Shown: positions 33,047-38,369 of the stretch, piece after piece
How the letters are laid out: each line of letters opens with the position of its first letter
Position numbering within the stretch: position 1 is the stretch's first letter
Notes under the pieces: generated by a model
Databases searched by the model: none
Told to the model about the DNA's origin: nothing
The model's input: the letters and a program-made list of their open reading frames with translations, nothing else
Translations under genes and position numbers: made by a program
Assembly: GCF_000485595.1 (NCBI RefSeq)
Contig: NW_014577061.1
Span: 431,644-470,012 of the forward strand
Direction of reading: 5' to 3'
DNA from: Priapulus caudatus
Taxonomy: Eukaryota
DNA: 38,369 bases

Positions 33047-33093
<47 letters not shown>

Positions 33094-33227
33094 TGAAGAG
33101 AGAGAAGAGAGCAAGCAGAGGAGAGAGAAGAGATTAGAGCGAGAGACGAACGAGAGAGACGAGAGAGAGAACGAGAGAGAGAGAGAGATAGAGAGACGAG
33201 AGAGAGAGAGAGAGAGAGAGGAGAGAT

Positions 33228-33272
<45 letters not shown>

Positions 33273-33292
33273 AGAGAGGAGAGAGTACTAGG

Positions 33293-33337
<45 letters not shown>

Positions 33338-33343
33338 AGAGAG
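33032..33343. repeat. Imperfect (AG)n tract
   Basis: Directly visible. Confidence 0.92.
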
Positions 33344-33684
33344 ACCTACGATGAGTCCGCGCCGACATGAGAGCGTATGGAGGCCAATGCAAGCGTATGA
33401 AACGCTATCACGCTGCGCTCCTTGTCAGCGGAATGCAAACCGCGCATTCGCATTACATGCGCGGCGAAGTGAGATTTTGCCCCCTATGCCCACTTCACTG
33501 ATTTATGTATTTCACACGTGATTTTAATGCGGTTTTATTTATTTTAATTGAATTGAGAGGATGCGCGTGGGTAGTTCGACCTGTACGGGGATGGGGATAT
33601 GTACCTAGCCATTTCTAGCACGGTGTACTTGATTCCTCATCGTCGCAGTTATAGGAAATTGTTGCGCCGCACAAGCAGTCCCCA

Positions 33685-34100
33685 TACACGGCAGACACGC
33701 ACTGACACACAAACACGCCACACACATCAATCACACACACACATCACGTCATGTGCACGGGCACGCACACACACGCACCACGCACGACTCCAGCTCACAC
33801 GCCGCGCACTCACGTCCACACACGCACACAAACACGCATCAACGCACACGCACACGCACACGCACACCGCACCAACGCAGCATACAGCACCGCACACTCA
33901 CCAACACCCTGACGCCCACGCACGCACTTCAACTGCACGCACAGCACCTCGCACGCAACGCACAGCACTGCCACCACGCACGCATGCACGCACGCACGCA
34001 CAGCAACGCACCACACACACACAGCACACCACCAGCACTACCTACCCACACACAGCCGCGCGCCAACCGCACGCTGCAATGCACACATACGCATATACAC
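33685..34100. repeat. Degenerate (CA)/(GCAC) tract
   Basis: Directly visible; noisy. Confidence 0.85.
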
Positions 34101-35194
34101 AGCGGTTAAATAAGACTCTCACTGAGTGATATATCTCGTTCGAGACCAATTTCAACGACAAGAAACCTTTCGTAAATACTAGTGACGTATAGAACAGCTT
34201 CTATCGTAAATAAACCCCCACACCACCTGAAAAGTTAACTTAACCATTTTATATTTATATTACAACCAAGACCCCACGCGAAGAAAGACAACCAGGTCAC
34301 CCGAGCCTCACGTAAAAGTCATTACTGAGCCTCATATCCGACGGCAACCGCAGCAAGCAAATATTATGTACAGTTGAAGAGGCAAGGATTAAAGAGAAGG
34401 GAAGATAGAGATAACAGGCGAAATAGAAGCGCTCGATCGAGCCACGCAGGAATCGCTAGCCGCGGGAAAAAGAGAGCTCCACGATATGTGTATTTTTGAC
34501 CACGCTCTTCGTCGTTCTACTTCGCTGTCATTATCAGGTCGGTAGGCCCTAACATCCTGTCCGGTGTACAACAGCTACGTACCACCAAAATCACTCCTAC
34601 ATATATGCCCAGATATATCCCTACCCGGCCACCGCGATCTCTAAATTACTAGAAAGAGTTGTTGTACACGCACTGAAGTTCACAGAATTTGCGCTTTGTC
34701 ACGTCGCTCTCGTTATAAAGCCCCCGTGGCGACCCAACTTTTGCCGAGGCACTTACGTTTGTCGCATCCCTCCATTGGCCTACACTTCGAATTAGATGCT
34801 TTATGGTAGGCACCGTATACTAACAGCTAAAAGCAGTTGCAGCTGTCCGAGCTCCATTCAAATAGGTCGAGAATTCCCAGTGAGGGGGGAGAATCCAAGC
34901 AAAGAAGATATCGCGTGAAAATACAAACAGTGATAAATTCAGCATCGAAACCACTGTCCGTGTTCGCAGTGCTGGTAGAACGAATAGGATTCTGACCACG
35001 TGAAAGTGAAGGGCAACAGAAATGGATGATCCACCTACTCTCTATATCTCAGTCCTTCTCATTCGCTTCAGTCCATTCACTTCTACACTCTTCTATATCT
35101 CACGGCACGTACCGTCGTAACACCAGAATCTGAACAAACGCTGATAATTCACTGACTCATGATTCGAGAGAGACAAACAGACATAAAAAACAGA

Positions 35195-35281
35195 CACGAG
35201 AGAGGAGAAGTAGAAGAGAGAGAGAGAAAGAAGAGAGAAGAGAGAGAGAGAGAGACAAGAGAGAGAGAGAAAAAGAGAGAG

Positions 35282-35318
<37 letters not shown>

Positions 35319-35345
35319 AACAGAGAGGGGAGTGAGTGATAGAGA
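35195..35345. repeat. Imperfect (AG)n tract
   Basis: Directly visible. Confidence 0.9.
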
Positions 35346-36249
35346 GTGAAGCAAGGAGAGCGTAAAGGGTAGGAAGACCATTATAAATTTGGTACAGATT
35401 ACAGATAACGACGCTGATGTTTTCTTTTCTCCTCAACAACTACCACTCCGCCTGTAAATACCGCTTGCAATCGATACTTGCAAGTAGATAACTCATTACC
35501 TTACAGGACGCGATCACACAACATGTTCAAAACATAACGGTATCCATTCCCGCGGCCGCAAGCCAATGCATATACAAAGGCAACTCGTATAGACCAAGAT
35601 AGAAAGATGCTCATTGACAATTATCCTAACCACTGATCTAAAAGTTTCAGTCTTTTAAAAATTTATTGGGGATATTATTATTTGCCATTATTGCGTTTTA
35701 TTATTTTTTATTTTTATTACTATTATTATTGTTATTATTACTCTGTCTATAATCTCGACATGGTACTCTTTCACTCCTAAAAATTCAAGATACATAGCCA
35801 AATATAACAGTACTACTGCCTATCTATATCTCAAGCACGTCTCATTCCCTTCCCTACAACGCCTTCGCATACTCATCTCATATTGTGTAAGGAAACAACG
35901 ACTATAACCCACATCGTCGACGGAATATTTTGGCTCTCCGCCCGCATGGGTTGCTCAGAGCGGGATTCCTTTCTTCTACTTTAACCAGTGTTATTCTCAT
36001 TTTTACTGGATAATTAAATTGCCGGAACACAGACGACGACTAATCATCTGCAATTCGAGCTGCGGAATAGAAAGTGAACGTGAGCGGTTGTGCGACTAGT
36101 GCAACGTTGTACCCGGCCGCTGCAATCACGTTCGATCTAGCTCCGGAAAATTGCATTTGCCAAAATTTTTAGAGCTCATATTAAAAACTCAACAGACGTG
36201 ATTAGGAGTTGGGACTGAATCGTCATCGGGCAATGACCAGTCTGTCCTC

Positions 36250-36280
<31 letters not shown>

Positions 36281-36400
36281 TGAGAGATGATAGAGGAGAG
36301 AGAGAGAGAGAAGAGAGATGAGATGAGAGAGATGAGAGAGAGAGAGACGAGGAGAAGATGAAGAGATTAGAGAGAGAAGGAGAGACAGCGAGAAAGAGGG
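36250..36400. repeat. Imperfect (AG)n tract
   Basis: Directly visible. Confidence 0.85.
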
Positions 36401-36453
36401 CGATGGATGTGGGGTAGAGCTCAGCGCTGTTCAGTTTCAGTCCGTCCGTCAGC

Positions 36454-36876
36454 NNNNNNNNNNNNNNNNNNNNNNNNNNNNNNNNNNNNNNNNNNNNNNN
36501 NNNNNNNNNNNNNNNNNNNNNNNNNNNNNNNNNNNNNNNNNNNNNNNNNNNNNNNNNNNNNNNNNNNNNNNNNNNNNNNNNNNNNNNNNNNNNNNNNNNN
36601 NNNNNNNNNNNNNNNNNNNNNNNNNNNNNNNNNNNNNNNNNNNNNNNNNNNNNNNNNNNNNNNNNNNNNNNNNNNNNNNNNNNNNNNNNNNNNNNNNNNN
36701 NNNNNNNNNNNNNNNNNNNNNNNNNNNNNNNNNNNNNNNNNNNNNNNNNNNNNNNNNNNNNNNNNNNNNNNNNNNNNNNNNNNNNNNNNNNNNNNNNNNN
36801 NNNNNNNNNNNNNNNNNNNNNNNNNNNNNNNNNNNNNNNNNNNNNNNNNNNNNNNNNNNNNNNNNNNNNNNNNNNN
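36454..36876. other. Assembly gap (N run)
   Basis: N run. Confidence 0.99.
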
Positions 36877-37193
36877 ACACGACACACACACACCCACACA
36901 CACGAGCACACACACACGCACACACGCACACACGCCACACGCACACCGGCAGCACACACACAGCACACAGCACACACGACAACACACACGCACACAGCGC
37001 AGCACACGCCGACAACGCACACGCACAAGCACGCACACACGGCACACCGCAACACGACACACGCGACACACGATAGAAGCCCGGCCCACACCAGCGATCC
37101 ACACACCGCGCGCGCACGAAGCACACAGCAAAACAATTGCACACACGCACGAACGTACGCACGTACGCACACACCGACCGCTGCCTCGGAGAA

Positions 37194-37238
<45 letters not shown>

Positions 37239-37263
37239 TCTCTCTCTCGCTCTCTCTCTCTCT
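36877..37263. repeat. Degenerate (CA)-rich tract followed by (CT)n(CG)n(CT)n
   Basis: Directly visible. Confidence 0.88.
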
Positions 37264-38305
37264 AAGAGGTGGGAGGGGGAATGAGTTGTGCCAACACGGC
37301 GCGAAGACTCGTACGAATATCAAACACATTCACTCCTGTCGTCCCCGCTGCGGTAGTACGTGGTACGGTCCGCCCACACGCCGGCCTGCAGCAGTTGTTA
37401 GGCTATTCAATACGCTTCATTATTCGCGCGACGCCATGTTGTATAGTCTTCCTTCTGCCGTGCTAAAGCGCCCGAGACTCGATATATGATCCCCCGAGAG
37501 ATAGAGAGAAGAGCTGAGAGCAGTTGTTCACGAGGCGTACATGTAGCGTTTTTTTAAAAACTATTTCCGATTTACGCGTAGAATGCAAAAAACCTATGAA
37601 GAGACCAATAGGTGCGGAAAGGGAAGGCGAGTGGGCGGCCACTCGCTGCAGCTGCTGTCTCGCGAATGTGATGAGAGAGAGACCAGTGCCTTCCAGTGTA
37701 TATATCCCACAGGGACGCATTAGCATAAACCAAAGCTGCAGCACGATGAAATATATTACCAGATTTATATACTGCTGTCCGTATATAGATGGATGGATGG
37801 ATTACAACAGAAGGTGGCTTCGGGACACACACAAGCGCCTCTTTGTCAGCACATGTAGAGGCTACAGCTCGTATATGAGGGCGGTTTATGCGAGTGTTTC
37901 ATTGGTAGATTGTAAGCGCGAATCGTTTAATCGACCGATAATCAAATCAACACATATATCGCGTGCCAGTGAGTAAGTAAGTAGCGCGTTATCGGGTGTA
38001 GTATATAGTAGTAGCAGTCTAGCAGAGAGCGTCGGACATGTGCAAGAAATGCAACAAAGCAGTCCCAATTTATGCCGGCTGCCCGGCCACGCATTGCATT
38101 GTAAGCGCCTCTGAATACAGGCTAGAGTTTCGTGTGCTGATCCACCCCGTGTGACCAAGCGATCTATTGACGCCCAGTGTGAACAGAACAATCCGTGCGC
38201 CACTGAATATCGCAATTGCGATCAACCTTTCCAGTACGTGCGCTGTCGGGCCGTCTGTCAGTCCGTGGCTCTGCTTGTCTGTATGTTACTGCTGTCGTAC
38301 CCACC

Positions 38306-38319
38306 CTCTCTCTCTCTCT

Positions 38320-38369
<50 letters not shown>
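38306..38369. repeat. (CT)n microsatellite at the window end
   Basis: Directly visible. Confidence 0.95.

Noticed and set aside
32300..38369. Any gene or element in the distal region
   Set aside because: The sequence looks error-rich, with degenerate microsatellites, and shows no recognisable coding or terminal-repeat structure.

Overview
Repeat-rich, apparently non-coding animal genomic DNA from a gapped scaffold. CpG is not depleted, so an invertebrate host is likely (inference). There are four N-gaps and several stretches of raw long-read quality. I cannot support any protein-coding gene, structural RNA gene or CRISPR array; the long ORFs in the track are microsatellite or N-gap artefacts. 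The most interesting signal is ten ultra-short CA...TG palindromic elements (eight two-armed, 33-70 bp; two one-armed), most flanked by 7-bp or 8-bp target-site duplications. Their 15-20 nt arms look like excision footprints, or minimal MITEs, of P/Galileo-superfamily transposons. The window also holds a hAT-Charlie MITE with a perfect 8-bp TSD that resembles the mammalian Charlie4 group, a Kolobok-type TTAA MITE, a second hAT-like MITE, a degraded RTE-like LINE fragment and three minisatellites (23, 24 and about 50 bp). A block of about 5.8 kb (8817-14594) recurs at 25229-31353, with part of the second copy apparently inserted backwards during gap filling.
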